Under the pieces are notes generated by a model. It was not told the origin of the DNA. It saw nothing but the letters and a program-made list of their open reading frames with translations, and made no database searches. A DNA stretch of 64,000 nucleotides, from assembly GCA_000634195.1 (NCBI GenBank), contig JFLT01000015.1:148858-212857 (forward strand). The letters run 5' to 3'. This document shows, piece after piece, positions 38,455 to 47,308 of the stretch. A program made the position numbers and the translations under genes. This DNA is from Prochlorococcus sp. scB243_495D8. GTDB lineage: Bacteria; Cyanobacteriota; Cyanobacteriia; PCC-6307; Cyanobiaceae. Position 1 is the stretch's first letter, and every line of letters begins with the position of its first letter.

Positions 38455-38703
38455 TTAACTTCCAGAAGGTTTCAAAATTTTTTCTACAATATCGGCGTTG
38501 ATTATAGTGATCTCTCCATTGTCAATATTGGCAACTTGAAACAAGGTCCATGAATTTGGATTTCTAGCTCCTCCAATACAGTCGATAACTTGACCGACCC
38601 AATAATTTTCATTCTTTTCCTTAGTATCTTCGCAATTTTCTTTTTTAATTGCGACATAATCACCAGGCCTAACGAAAAGAAACTCAGGAGTTGCTGAGCT
38701 CAC
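38455..38703 (-). CDS. DUF3104-family small protein
   Basis: FL.V.PGD.V, W.GQVI...GGARNP...LFQVA.ID.G.I..INAD pattern recognised as DUF3104. Confidence 0.8.
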   Translation of the reverse strand: MSSATPEFLFVRPGDYVAIKKENCEDTKEKNENYWVGQVIDCIGGARNPNSWTLFQVANIDNGEITIINADIVEKILKPSGS

Positions 38704-38716
38704 AATAAATAACTAA

Positions 38717-38732
38717 TAGTATATACGTACTA
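38717..38732. promoter_or_regulatory. Putative LexA (SOS) box upstream of the DUF3104 gene
   Basis: TAGTATATACGTACTA resembles cyanobacterial TAGTACA-N2-TGTACTA; 13 nt upstream of the start codon. Confidence 0.6.
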
Positions 38733-38800
38733 TAGTAAGTTATTAGTTTTGTTGCTGAACTTTGAATTATTTAGCAAACTAGGGGTAATTCAAAAATAAA

Positions 38801-38893
38801 ATGGAATCAACTGAAATTGCTATATTTTCAACATTATTGGGGTTAATTTTAGCTTTAACTGACGCTTATATAGAACGAAATATTCCTGGATAA
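38801..38893 (+). CDS. Single-TM microprotein (30 aa)
   Basis: MESTEIAIFSTLLGLILALTDAYIERNIPG, translated by hand. Confidence 0.45.
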   Translation: MESTEIAIFSTLLGLILALTDAYIERNIPG

Positions 38894-38914
38894 TAAATAA
38901 TTCTAATTCATTTC

Positions 38915-39046
38915 TTAAATTAAATAAGATTTAAGCTGGTCTAATATGTCGGCACGGTTGGAAACTAGTTTTGTAAAAACTAAATATATCAACCCTCCCA
39001 TTGCGAGCCTTCCGTTAATTTTCTCTAACTGTTTAAGTTTTCTCAA
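38915..39046 (-). CDS. hli: Divergent high-light-inducible protein (HLIP), not in ORF track
   Basis: (M)RKLKQLEKINGRLAMGGLIYLVFTKLVSNRADILDQLKSYLI contains ExxNGRxAM; TTG start (alternatives 39049, 39070). Confidence 0.75.
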   Translation of the reverse strand: MRKLKQLEKINGRLAMGGLIYLVFTKLVSNRADILDQLKSYLI

Positions 39047-39159
39047 CAAATTAATCTTGTGGTTAAACAAAATTTAAAGGGTATAGAAAATAAAAAAGTA
39101 TTGATTACTTCAAAATTAAAAAAAAATTATAGAAATATTATTTCAAACACGAATTAAAT

Positions 39160-39297
39160 TTAAAGCCAAGCTTCTTTCATCTCAAGATAAAGTCTCTCGC
39201 TCTCAGCAGAGTTAATTTTGCTGTCTGAATAGGATTGTTGCTGTTGTTGCTGCTGCTGCTGAGTTGAGTTAGTATTAGGATTTTGAACTTCGCTCAT
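39160..39297 (-). CDS. Poly-glutamine microprotein (45 aa)
   Basis: MSEVQNPNTNSTQQQQQQQQQSYSDSKINSAESERLYLEMKEAWL; mixed CAG/CAA codons. Confidence 0.6.
   Translation of the reverse strand: MSEVQNPNTNSTQQQQQQQQQSYSDSKINSAESERLYLEMKEAWL
39235..39261. repeat. (CAG/CAA)9 trinucleotide tract
   Basis: Plus strand ttg ttg ctg ttg ttg ctg ctg ctg ctg. Confidence 0.9.
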
Positions 39298-39413
39298 TAG
39301 AGGGACTGGATATTTGTGTTTATTCTCTCATATATAGAGCTTTTTTTGTCAACTTAAATTCTTAAATTTTATTTAAATTTTCTATGCTTTTAATTTTCCT
39401 GTTTTGAGTGAAT

Positions 39414-39515
39414 TTATTTCGCTACAGTAGTTTTGGTATATAGGAATTTGACTTCCCAATATACAACTCCTAGGAAGATAGCACTTGCAATAATAATTTC
39501 AGAAATGGCTAACAT
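39414..39515 (-). CDS. Single-TM microprotein (33 aa)
   Basis: MLAISEIIIASAIFLGVVYWEVKFLYTKTTVAK, translated by hand. Confidence 0.55.
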   Translation of the reverse strand: MLAISEIIIASAIFLGVVYWEVKFLYTKTTVAK

Positions 39516-39662
39516 TTTATTTTTCAATACTAATTTAATTTTGGTATCAATTAACACAGAATGCAATAGGTACTAATTACATTTTAGATTTTAAAAAATC
39601 TTATTTAATAAAAAAACGCGTCGAAATAATATAAAATTTTAAGTTAGATACATATTTTTTCC

Positions 39663-40097
39663 TTGGGAAATTTCATAAATTCAACAACTCTTATACCTTT
39701 AATACCTTTAGTAACCTCTTTTTTTATTCTTATTTTATTGGCAAGTTTTAACAGAACACTTAACAGGTTAACAAAACCAGTTACTGCACTGGTTGCATTA
39801 TCTTTATTAAGTTCTGCTTTTATAAGCTTATTTGACTATTTTAAGAAAATAGAAGAAGAATTAGTTTTATCTGAATTTCTCAAATTTTTTGAAGAAAAAA
39901 ATTTAGTTATACATCTCAATTTAGTAAATGAAAAAATTATAATTTTTTTCTCATTAATAATGATATTAATTATTGGAATATCTTTTTATAAATTGCCTAG
40001 AAAAAAAGGTTACGTCTCATTAATGATCAGCCTAGGATTAATTTCTTCTTCGGTGATAATCTCAATATTGCTAATAGATTTCTCAGCACTAATCTAA
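39663..40097 (+). CDS. Membrane protein resembling the N-terminus of NdhF/NuoL
   Basis: LIPLIPL...IL.LL.SFNRT.NRLTKPV matches the start of cyanobacterial NdhF; only 144 aa. Confidence 0.65.
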   Translation: MGNFINSTTLIPLIPLVTSFFILILLASFNRTLNRLTKPVTALVALSLLSSAFISLFDYFKKIEEELVLSEFLKFFEEKNLVIHLNLVNEKIIIFFSLIMILIIGISFYKLPRKKGYVSLMISLGLISSSVIISILLIDFSALI

Positions 40098-40603
40098 ACT
40101 GTTGTAAGCATTGACAAAGCTTCGTTAAGTTCTTGGACATGATTTAATTCATCTTGAGCAATTTCTTTTATTTTTTGATCATTTGGATTATCTATTAAAT
40201 ATTTGGAATAAGTTTCAAATGCATGTTCTTCGATTTTTATGTTGACATCATAAGCATTAGCTGGAGAGAGGAAATAATAAAAAACCATGATCCAGTAATA
40301 CACAAGAACAAGGTGTCTCGCAAAAAATCTATCAATCCAGAACCTATCTCCTCCTCTTTTCTCCATTTCTTTAAGATGCTCAGTTTCGTTAATAGCTTGA
40401 TAAAAATGTTCTTTCATTAAAATCATTGTTTTCTCATTTTTAATTCCTAGAGATTCTTTAAAATGAAGAACTGAAAGAAATGCAAAATAAGGTGATCTAG
40501 CTATAACTTCTAAAACCCAAAATCTTTGTAAAGATCTACCAGAGTATATGAAGTCTAAGAAGTTAACTGTGCTATTCAAAATCAAAGAATTTAATTTCTT
40601 CAT
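40094..40603 (-). CDS. ptox: Plastoquinol terminal oxidase (alternative oxidase family)
   Basis: RFWVLEVIARSPYFAFLSVLH..ESLG; diiron ligands E..EH, EEHA..TY, DE.NH. Confidence 0.93.
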   Translation of the reverse strand: MKKLNSLILNSTVNFLDFIYSGRSLQRFWVLEVIARSPYFAFLSVLHFKESLGIKNEKTMILMKEHFYQAINETEHLKEMEKRGGDRFWIDRFFARHLVLVYYWIMVFYYFLSPANAYDVNIKIEEHAFETYSKYLIDNPNDQKIKEIAQDELNHVQELNEALSMLTTV

Positions 40604-40758
40604 AGATTTAGTTTTTCTTTAAGTATAATTACTCAGCCGCTCGAGGACTATGATGTATTGAAGTAATTAACCAAAAATTAATATTTATAGTCTAAAAATT
40701 GTTACTTCCATTGAAATATTTTTTTTTCATGCATTAATTGGGTAGATAAAAATTTTAT

Positions 40759-40899
40759 ATGACAACTACTGAAAAAATTGCAAATGCCAAAAAAAGGATT
40801 GATGAATTAGAAAGACTTATAAAATTATGGAATGATTCAGACTATGATGAGGCAAAAATAGTAAATTTTTCAAAGAACATTGAAAATAAAGTTGCTTAG
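40759..40899 (+). CDS. Small coiled-coil protein (46 aa)
   Basis: MTTTEKIANAKKRIDELERLIKLWNDSDYDEAKIVNFSKNIENKVA, translated by hand. Confidence 0.6.
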   Translation: MTTTEKIANAKKRIDELERLIKLWNDSDYDEAKIVNFSKNIENKVA

Positions 40900-41172
40900 A
40901 TTGTGAAGATTAAGGCTAATTAAGTTTATCTACTTAAAGTGATTTCATATTTTTGAGGTTTCGAATATTGTTTAATTTATAAATAGAGCAATTAAACCTA
41001 TTTTCAAAAACTGTAAGGAAGAAATAATCTAAAAGAAAAATAAATATGAAAACTTTTTCAAAAAAATATTTAGTTCCGATTAAATTTATACCATGGTTTT
41101 TTTGGGTATTTATATCTTTTATGAGTTTATATTTGTGTAAGATAGCTTGGGTAAATTGAATAATTAATGGAT

Positions 41173-41481
41173 CTAGCTTCTCCTTAGCCAACCAGGAGCA
41201 CCGCCAAACCAATCCGATATATCATCTTCATTAGGGTTGAAATGATTTTCTTTATCTAGTCCATCTATCCCAAATGATTGTAAGAGGTTATCAATCCCCC
41301 CATCATTTTTCGTACCATTCCTTCTAAAACTGTTAGCTTTTTTCAGCCAAAGAGAAATTGTAGAGTTATGGTGTGCAAATTTCTCCACATATATTCTTTC
41401 TTCTAATGTAATTGATTTATCTTGAGCAATTCTTTTAATTATTCCTAGAATTTTTAGTCTTTTTGAATTACTAAGAAGCAT
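41173..41481 (-). CDS. Hypothetical protein
   Basis: 102-aa ORF with ITLEERIY..K.A and DWF.GAP.WLRRS segments. Confidence 0.75.
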   Translation of the reverse strand: MLLSNSKRLKILGIIKRIAQDKSITLEERIYVEKFAHHNSTISLWLKKANSFRRNGTKNDGGIDNLLQSFGIDGLDKENHFNPNEDDISDWFGGAPGWLRRS

Positions 41482-41741
41482 TTTGCAATTAATTCATTAT
41501 TCTTTTTATAGGAAGGATTAATAAATATATCTTGTCAATGTTAATTTCAACAAATTAACCATTTTAAAAGGTTTTTAAGCAATAAAAGTCTTAAGAAACT
41601 AAAAAAAGGGATCAATAAGTTACTTATGATACTTTTATTCATTTATCAAACTTATAATTCCCACAAATTAGATAAAAAAAATCAATCCATTATCAAAGAC
41701 ATTTTAAAATTTAAGAAAAAGTCGACTCAGTTGTTGCATAA

Positions 41742-41777
41742 TAGTAAATCTGTACTATTATTAGTACAGATGTATTG
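41742..41777. promoter_or_regulatory. Tandem putative LexA boxes
   Basis: TAGTAAATCTGTACTA (41742-41757) and TAGTACAGATGTATTG (41762-41777) vs TAGTACA-N2-TGTACTA. Confidence 0.65.
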
Positions 41778-41784
41778 TTATGAC

Positions 41785-41991
41785 ATGAAAGTGATTTCAT
41801 CTTCTCCTTATGCCCCTTTTAATTCAAAAGAGTGGAATTCTCTAATAAGCAAAAATGTAAAGTTTGAAAATACTCCAATAAAGATTCAAAAAAAATTTTA
41901 TAGAACTTTTACTCTAAAAAAGACTGAAAAAGATAAACTTTTGCAAGAGAAGAATGCATTGCACCAACAAATGCAACTCGTATTCGGATAG
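41785..41991 (+). CDS. Small basic protein (68 aa), candidate SOS-regulated
   Basis: ATG 41785 just after the LexA-like boxes, in frame with track ORF 41626; ends HQQMQLVFG. Confidence 0.65.
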   Translation: MKVISSSPYAPFNSKEWNSLISKNVKFENTPIKIQKKFYRTFTLKKTEKDKLLQEKNALHQQMQLVFG

Positions 41992-42081
41992 AAAAATATC
42001 AACTAACAATCTTTTTATTGAATATTATTTTACGAGATCCAATTTTTTGTTAGATTAGTAGAAATACAAGAAGGATTTAAT

Positions 42082-42372
42082 TTGGCTGTTGATCGAGAAC
42101 TTTTAAAAGAAGTTACCCAAGAACTTTGGAATACCGTAAAAAAACTAAGACCTGAAATAGATCGGCAAACTCGACTTCAATTAGTTTTAAAGGCCTTATT
42201 AACTATTGGAGATTTACCAGATCAAATGCAAGCTGCCATGGTAGTAGGTGTTTGCGCAGAAATGGATAAAAGTGATGTTGATAATGTTGAATCTAATTCA
42301 CAAACTAAAGATTCAAGCGGAGTTGATACTTCTACAGGCAGAAAAGTAGTTAGAAGAAGTTCAGCTAAATAA
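42082..42372 (+). CDS. Conserved picocyanobacterial protein (probably TIGR03894 family)
   Basis: D.ELLKEV..ELW..VKKLRP...RL.LVLKALLTIGDLP pattern; family recalled, not searched. Confidence 0.7.
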   Translation: MAVDRELLKEVTQELWNTVKKLRPEIDRQTRLQLVLKALLTIGDLPDQMQAAMVVGVCAEMDKSDVDNVESNSQTKDSSGVDTSTGRKVVRRSSAK

Positions 42373-42383
42373 ACTTTAAACAA

Positions 42384-42587
42384 TCATCCTTTAATTTTCT
42401 TTGATTCGTTTTTGTTAAGTCTATTGAATAGGTAATATGAAATTACAAGTAAGAGAGGAACGAATATTGAATGCAAAGTCATCATTAATTCTGTTTGGCC
42501 CATTCCTATAAGATTTGACTCGTTTGGAAGTTGTTCTGACCAAGTGCCAACTAAATGCCAGGCTTGAGGAATTGATAAGAAAAACAT
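42384..42587 (-). CDS. Small membrane protein
   Basis: 67-aa ORF with one TM helix. Confidence 0.65.
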   Translation of the reverse strand: MFFLSIPQAWHLVGTWSEQLPNESNLIGMGQTELMMTLHSIFVPLLLVISYYLFNRLNKNESKKIKG

Positions 42588-42704
42588 ATAAGAGCTATAA
42601 GTTAAGTTTATGTTCAGATAAAGACTATCATTATTGAACGTTTTTGCTTTCTTTATTCTTATTTCTTAACTAAGTATTTGTTGAGTTATAAAAAATAACT
42701 TAAT

Positions 42705-44234
42705 TCATAAATTTATTTTCTTAAGAAGAGTTTTAAACTCTTTTTTACCAATAATTTTTTCAGCTGCGTAAGCGCCACTTGCTGAAACAGCAGGAATTCC
42801 AATACCTGGAAATGTACTTGCGCCGCAAGTAAATAAATTTTTCACTGGAGTTTTGCAGCCTGGGAAAAGACCTTTTGCTGCAGATAATGCAGGGCCGTAA
42901 CTACCGCAATAGGTATTGGTGAATTTTTTATGAGTGATTGGGGTTCCTAGCATCTTTAAATCAATCCTTTCATATATATCAGGGATGAATTTTCGCACTG
43001 CATTAAGGAATATTGAACATCTTTCTTCTTTCAAATTTCTATATTCTAATCCCTTTGGATTTAGGTTTTCCCAAATTTCCCAAGGTTCATTTGCGGGAGT
43101 ATATCCATGAAGAACATGTTTTCCTTCAGGGGCCATATTTTTATCTAAAACAGATGGTATTGAAAATACGGCTATATTTCTTTCTGCGGTTATACCTTTT
43201 TCCCACTCATCAACATGTATTGCATGTATTGGCAAATTTTCAATACCATCAGCATCAAAACCTAGATGTATATGAAGGAAAGAATCACATTTATTAGGGT
43301 TCAAAACTTTTGTATTCCATTTTTTTGAAATTTCATTTGGGATTAACTTTTTTAAATTCCAAACATCAGTATTCGTGACAACAGATTCACAACTATAACT
43401 AGAACCATTATTCAGAGTTACACCTGTGGCTAAATTTTTATTAAAGTTAATTGTCTTTACTCTCGAAGAAAGAATTAATTCTCCTCCATTTTTTTTAAAT
43501 CCATTAATTAAAGCTTTTACGATAGATTCACTACCTCCTTTGGGGTATTCAAGGTATGAATTTGGTTCAAACCATTCGTTAAATAAAGTAGCCATCGCAG
43601 CTGTATTTGTATCATGCATTGACATGCCACTTATCAAAAAGCTTAATAAATCAACCCAATTCCTGAGAAAAGGATCCTCTAGATGATTATTTACTAAATT
43701 CCCAAAGCCTTTATTAATTTTTGGTATTTGATTGATATTAGGTAAAAATTTTGAGGTTAAATTTATTAAATCTAAGAAATTTATTGATTCGGGAGAAAAT
43801 GAGAGTAAAGGTATTTCATTTATTATTTGGCTAAGAGGTTTTATTCCGGAAATAAATGATTCCCATTCTTTAACAGATTTCTCACCTCTTAAAGTTTTAA
43901 TAGTATGTTTAAAAGGCTCTTCCCCCACATCAAGATTAAAATTGCCTTCTGGGACAATTACTTGCCAACCTTTGTATTGAAATAGTTCAACTTCTTCATC
44001 AAGTAATTTAAGAATTTGCCCTAAGGGATTAGTTGTCGGCCATTTACCTATTCCACTCCACAATGAAGGACCTGATTCGAAGGTGTAACCATTTCTTCTG
44101 AAACTGTGGGCAACGCCTCCTGGCTGACTATGAGCTTCACATATAAGTACTTTTTTGCCTGTTAAAGCGAGAATCGAACCGCAACATAGTCCTCCTATTC
44201 CACTACCTACTATTACAACATCGTACGTTTCCAT
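42705..44234 (-). CDS. Phytoene desaturase / carotenoid isomerase-like FAD oxidoreductase
   Basis: VVIVGSGIGGL, EAH..PGG.A, FESGPSL, YPKGG, YGP, FPGIGIPAV.ASG. Confidence 0.88.
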   Translation of the reverse strand: METYDVVIVGSGIGGLCCGSILALTGKKVLICEAHSQPGGVAHSFRRNGYTFESGPSLWSGIGKWPTTNPLGQILKLLDEEVELFQYKGWQVIVPEGNFNLDVGEEPFKHTIKTLRGEKSVKEWESFISGIKPLSQIINEIPLLSFSPESINFLDLINLTSKFLPNINQIPKINKGFGNLVNNHLEDPFLRNWVDLLSFLISGMSMHDTNTAAMATLFNEWFEPNSYLEYPKGGSESIVKALINGFKKNGGELILSSRVKTINFNKNLATGVTLNNGSSYSCESVVTNTDVWNLKKLIPNEISKKWNTKVLNPNKCDSFLHIHLGFDADGIENLPIHAIHVDEWEKGITAERNIAVFSIPSVLDKNMAPEGKHVLHGYTPANEPWEIWENLNPKGLEYRNLKEERCSIFLNAVRKFIPDIYERIDLKMLGTPITHKKFTNTYCGSYGPALSAAKGLFPGCKTPVKNLFTCGASTFPGIGIPAVSASGAYAAEKIIGKKEFKTLLKKINL

Positions 44235-44273
44235 TAAATATTTATTTTACTCTTCTCGCAAAACTAATTAGTT

Positions 44274-44384
44274 TTAGACAAAAGTATTAGTTGAAGTTGT
44301 AATACTCAGTACAACAGCTAGGAAAAATATGTAAGGGACTGCTTTAAGAGGGATGTATCCTTGACTTTTAGAAATAAAATCCAT
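44274..44384 (-). CDS. Single-TM microprotein (36 aa)
   Basis: MDFISKSQGYIPLKAVPYIFFLAVVLSITTSTNTFV, translated by hand. Confidence 0.55.
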   Translation of the reverse strand: MDFISKSQGYIPLKAVPYIFFLAVVLSITTSTNTFV

Positions 44385-44531
44385 TGATTTAGTTACTTTA
44401 TGTAAATATAATAACGAGATATTGTTCCTTATGTGTGCCATAAAATTATTTTTTTGGAAATATTTTGAAATAAAGAAATCTTTTTGGAGATATTTTAACT
44501 AAGAACATTTTTTATAGAGTTATCTTAGTAT

Positions 44532-45041
44532 TTGATTCTTAGATTAAAATCTATTATGAAACAATTTCCTGATATTAATGAGATAAAACTTTTAGAAAAA
44601 AATTCTCAAAAAAACGGTAGCGGAATTTTATATGAGGAATTGTTAGGAATATGGAAGTTTAAGTATGTATGGGGAAAGGAGTCAGATGAAATCAAAAATA
44701 TACCCAGTTCTATTCTCCAAGTATTGTCGGCGAGACTCGAATTAAAAAGTAAAAATAAAGAGGATCAAATAAATTATGAAATAAAAAATTCAATTAATTT
44801 CGGATTATTAAATATTACTTTTATAGGCAGTGCAGAATTAAAAGGGCTTAGACCTTTATTGGCTTTTTATTTTGAAAAATTGAAAATTAGTATTAGTAGT
44901 TTTCCAGTATTTAATAAGGAATTAAAAAAACCAGAAGAAAAAAAAATGCCTTTTTTCTCTCTTGTAGGAATTAGCACTAAAGATAATTGGTTATGTGCTC
45001 GAGGAAGGGGCGGAGGGCTTGCAATATGGGTTAAGTCTTAA
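44532..45041 (+). CDS. Hypothetical protein, possibly PAP/fibrillin lipocalin-like
   Basis: L.G.W near N-terminus, I.N.I.FG, C-terminal ARGRGGGLA.W. Confidence 0.6.
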   Translation: MILRLKSIMKQFPDINEIKLLEKNSQKNGSGILYEELLGIWKFKYVWGKESDEIKNIPSSILQVLSARLELKSKNKEDQINYEIKNSINFGLLNITFIGSAELKGLRPLLAFYFEKLKISISSFPVFNKELKKPEEKKMPFFSLVGISTKDNWLCARGRGGGLAIWVKS

Positions 45042-45042
45042 T

Positions 45043-45258
45043 TTAGTGATATTCTCCTGGATGATCTACCTTCCTTACGGTAACTTTATCAACTTTTTGT
45101 CCATTAAATCTTAAGAGATCATCTCCGGAAAAGTCATAACCTAAGCGTTGACCAATTAGGGCTACATCATCAGCTGTAGAGGATGATGTAACCTGCTTTT
45201 TTAAGTCTTCATCAGATTGCATCTTGATTAAAAATTTTCTTATTTCAGAAAAACTCAT
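45043..45258 (-). CDS. Nif11-like leader peptide family protein
   Basis: MS..EI.KFL.K...D..LK......DDV..I...LGY.FS.DDL Nif11 pattern. Confidence 0.8.
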   Translation of the reverse strand: MSFSEIRKFLIKMQSDEDLKKQVTSSSTADDVALIGQRLGYDFSGDDLLRFNGQKVDKVTVRKVDHPGEYH

Positions 45259-45349
45259 TATTAGAATTTGATTGATTGATGTAAAAGAAATTTATAAAAT
45301 CTTTTTCTTAGTAAGAACAAGATAAATAGATAATCATTATACTAATTTT

Positions 45350-45667
45350 ATGACTTACTTATTCCTCTATTTAGTTAGCATAATTTTAATATGGTGGATA
45401 TATCGTGTTGGTTGGCTTGAGGCGCTCAAAACAATAGTTAAAGTTATAGTCCCCTCAGCGCTTATTATTTTATTTAACATAAAAGCAGGAAGATTACTTT
45501 TTAAAAGTCCTGTAGTCGGATTATTAAGCGCTTTGCCTACCTCTATTTTTATTTTTAGAGGTTCATTGCCTTTAGTTAGTTATATAAATAACTGGATTGA
45601 AAATAAAATAAATAAGTATGATGATTCGGAAGTTATAGATACTGATTCTGTGCCTTTAGATGATTAA
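45350..45667 (+). CDS. Hypothetical membrane protein
   Basis: 105-aa ORF, three hydrophobic segments, acidic tail. Confidence 0.7.
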   Translation: MTYLFLYLVSIILIWWIYRVGWLEALKTIVKVIVPSALIILFNIKAGRLLFKSPVVGLLSALPTSIFIFRGSLPLVSYINNWIENKINKYDDSEVIDTDSVPLDD

Positions 45668-45678
45668 TTTAATTTAAT

Positions 45679-46071
45679 TCAATCAAAGCCAAGAAATAAT
45701 TCTTTGTGTACAACAAGGACATCAAATAAAGTTGTTCCATGAATAGGACTTAATGGGATTTTGTCTATATTTAATGCTTCTGCACAAATTAAATGAGCAT
45801 CCCATTTTGTATTGTGATCACTCATTTCAATTGACCACTCAATTACTTTTTTGAAATGATCTGGCATCTCCGAACCAATTTTTCTGCAAATTTCACATAG
45901 AACTGACAAAAGAGGAGGCTTTGATGGCCTTTTTAAATCTTTAATAAGACTTGGCTGTGTAAAAACGCTTGTGTAGCGAATGTAGTCTATTAATTCATAT
46001 TCTTCTTTAGTAAGAGCTGCTTTATCTAATGCTCTTTCAAATTCTTCTATCGGGGTTATGGGCCTATCCAA
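45679..46071 (-). CDS. Hypothetical protein
   Basis: 130-aa ORF with normal coding composition. Confidence 0.7.
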   Translation of the reverse strand: MDRPITPIEEFERALDKAALTKEEYELIDYIRYTSVFTQPSLIKDLKRPSKPPLLSVLCEICRKIGSEMPDHFKKVIEWSIEMSDHNTKWDAHLICAEALNIDKIPLSPIHGTTLFDVLVVHKELFLGFD

Positions 46072-46075
46072 GATA

Positions 46076-46366
46076 TTAGTTGTTGCTATTTTCTTTATTT
46101 GAAAAATTCTTGTTTTCTGAATCTATTTTTTCTTGATTAATTTCATTGATTTGATTGCCTTCTATAGATTTAGGAGATTCATCTTTATCTTCTTCGTTCA
46201 TAACTTGATCGATTTCATTTTGGAATTCATTCGACGCTTTTTTAAGACTTTTCAAAGTTTTACCAAGCTGTTTGCCTAATTCTGGAAGCTTTTTTGGACC
46301 AAAAATTAAAAGTGCTAAGATAAGTATTACAGTAACTTCAGGCAAACCCACACCAAAAATATTCAT
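46076..46366 (-). CDS. tatA: Twin-arginine translocase TatA/E subunit
   Basis: FGVGLPE..VIL..ALLIFGPKKLPELGK.LGK.L..LK.A. Confidence 0.92.
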   Translation of the reverse strand: MNIFGVGLPEVTVILILALLIFGPKKLPELGKQLGKTLKSLKKASNEFQNEIDQVMNEEDKDESPKSIEGNQINEINQEKIDSENKNFSNKENSNN

Positions 46367-46767
46367 AGTTGATAACTATTTAACTAATTAGTAAATCTAC
46401 TATTAAATATAGTCAAATCATGTGAAAATTTCATTCTCGGAACAGCTTTATTAATATTAAAAAATTTTGAAAAATATTATTGTTATTAATACTCCCTTAA
46501 AGAAAACTAACCAAAGTAATTGATAATCACTCAATTTGAATTTTTTCTGATACCAATTTATAAGAGTTTTATGTTTATCTATTAATTTTTTTATTTTCAC
46601 CGAGATTATTTATTACTATCACTTATTTTATCTTAATTTCTTTTATTATTATTTTGTGAGACATCCCAGATTCAACTCATATTAAACATTCTATTAAATT
46701 TTAATCTTTTACTAAATTAATTTTGTTTCTAAATTGTTTAAACTAATCGCTAAATTTCTGTTAAAAA

Positions 46768-47007
46768 ATGAAGTTCTTTTTTGTTGTTTTCTACCTAAGT
46801 TTTCTAATTTATCCAGCTGAGGCCGTTACCACAAAAATGTTTAAAGTATTGGACACTTGCGCAAGATATAGACTGGGTGAGATTGATGCTAATGAGACCA
46901 TAGAAAAACTAAAATTAAAATTAACAAACTCTTCTAACAATCAGTCAAAGGATTTAGTGAGAAAATATTGCTCAGTATTTACACCAAATGAAAAAATTGA
47001 ATTTTAA
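46768..47007 (+). CDS. Small secreted protein with two Cys
   Basis: Signal peptide ending AEA; CARY...YC pair. Confidence 0.65.
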   Translation: MKFFFVVFYLSFLIYPAEAVTTKMFKVLDTCARYRLGEIDANETIEKLKLKLTNSSNNQSKDLVRKYCSVFTPNEKIEF

Positions 47008-47023
47008 TCTTATCAATAAATAT

Positions 47024-47158
47024 TTAATTATTCTTTTTTGAATAATTTTTAGCTTTATTACGTATTTCTTTAACTTTTTTGAAATTAGTTATTTTTAAAT
47101 TGAAAATAACTCCCATAAAAAGAATAAGAAATAAAAAAATATAAATTATTAATTCCAT
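47024..47158 (-). CDS. Single-TM microprotein with basic tail (44 aa)
   Basis: MELIIYIFLFLILFMGVIFNLKITNFKKVKEIRNKAKNYSKKNN, translated by hand. Confidence 0.45.
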   Translation of the reverse strand: MELIIYIFLFLILFMGVIFNLKITNFKKVKEIRNKAKNYSKKNN

Positions 47159-47308
47159 AATATTGAATTAATAAATTTACTCTAGTTAATTTAAATAATT
47201 TTTTAGTATCTTCTAAAACAAAAAAACTGACTTTAATATTAGTTATTTACTTTGAAGGCCACAAAAAAAACATATTAACCTCTAATATGGAACTTTATAA
47301 CAATTATT

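Noticed and set aside
40934..41212. 92-aa minus-strand ORF
   Set aside because: Overlaps the 41173 gene and is low-complexity AT-rich sequence with no credible start
41626..41784. N-terminal extension of the 121-aa track ORF
   Set aside because: Runs through the LexA-like operator and promoter region; ATG 41785 is the more plausible start
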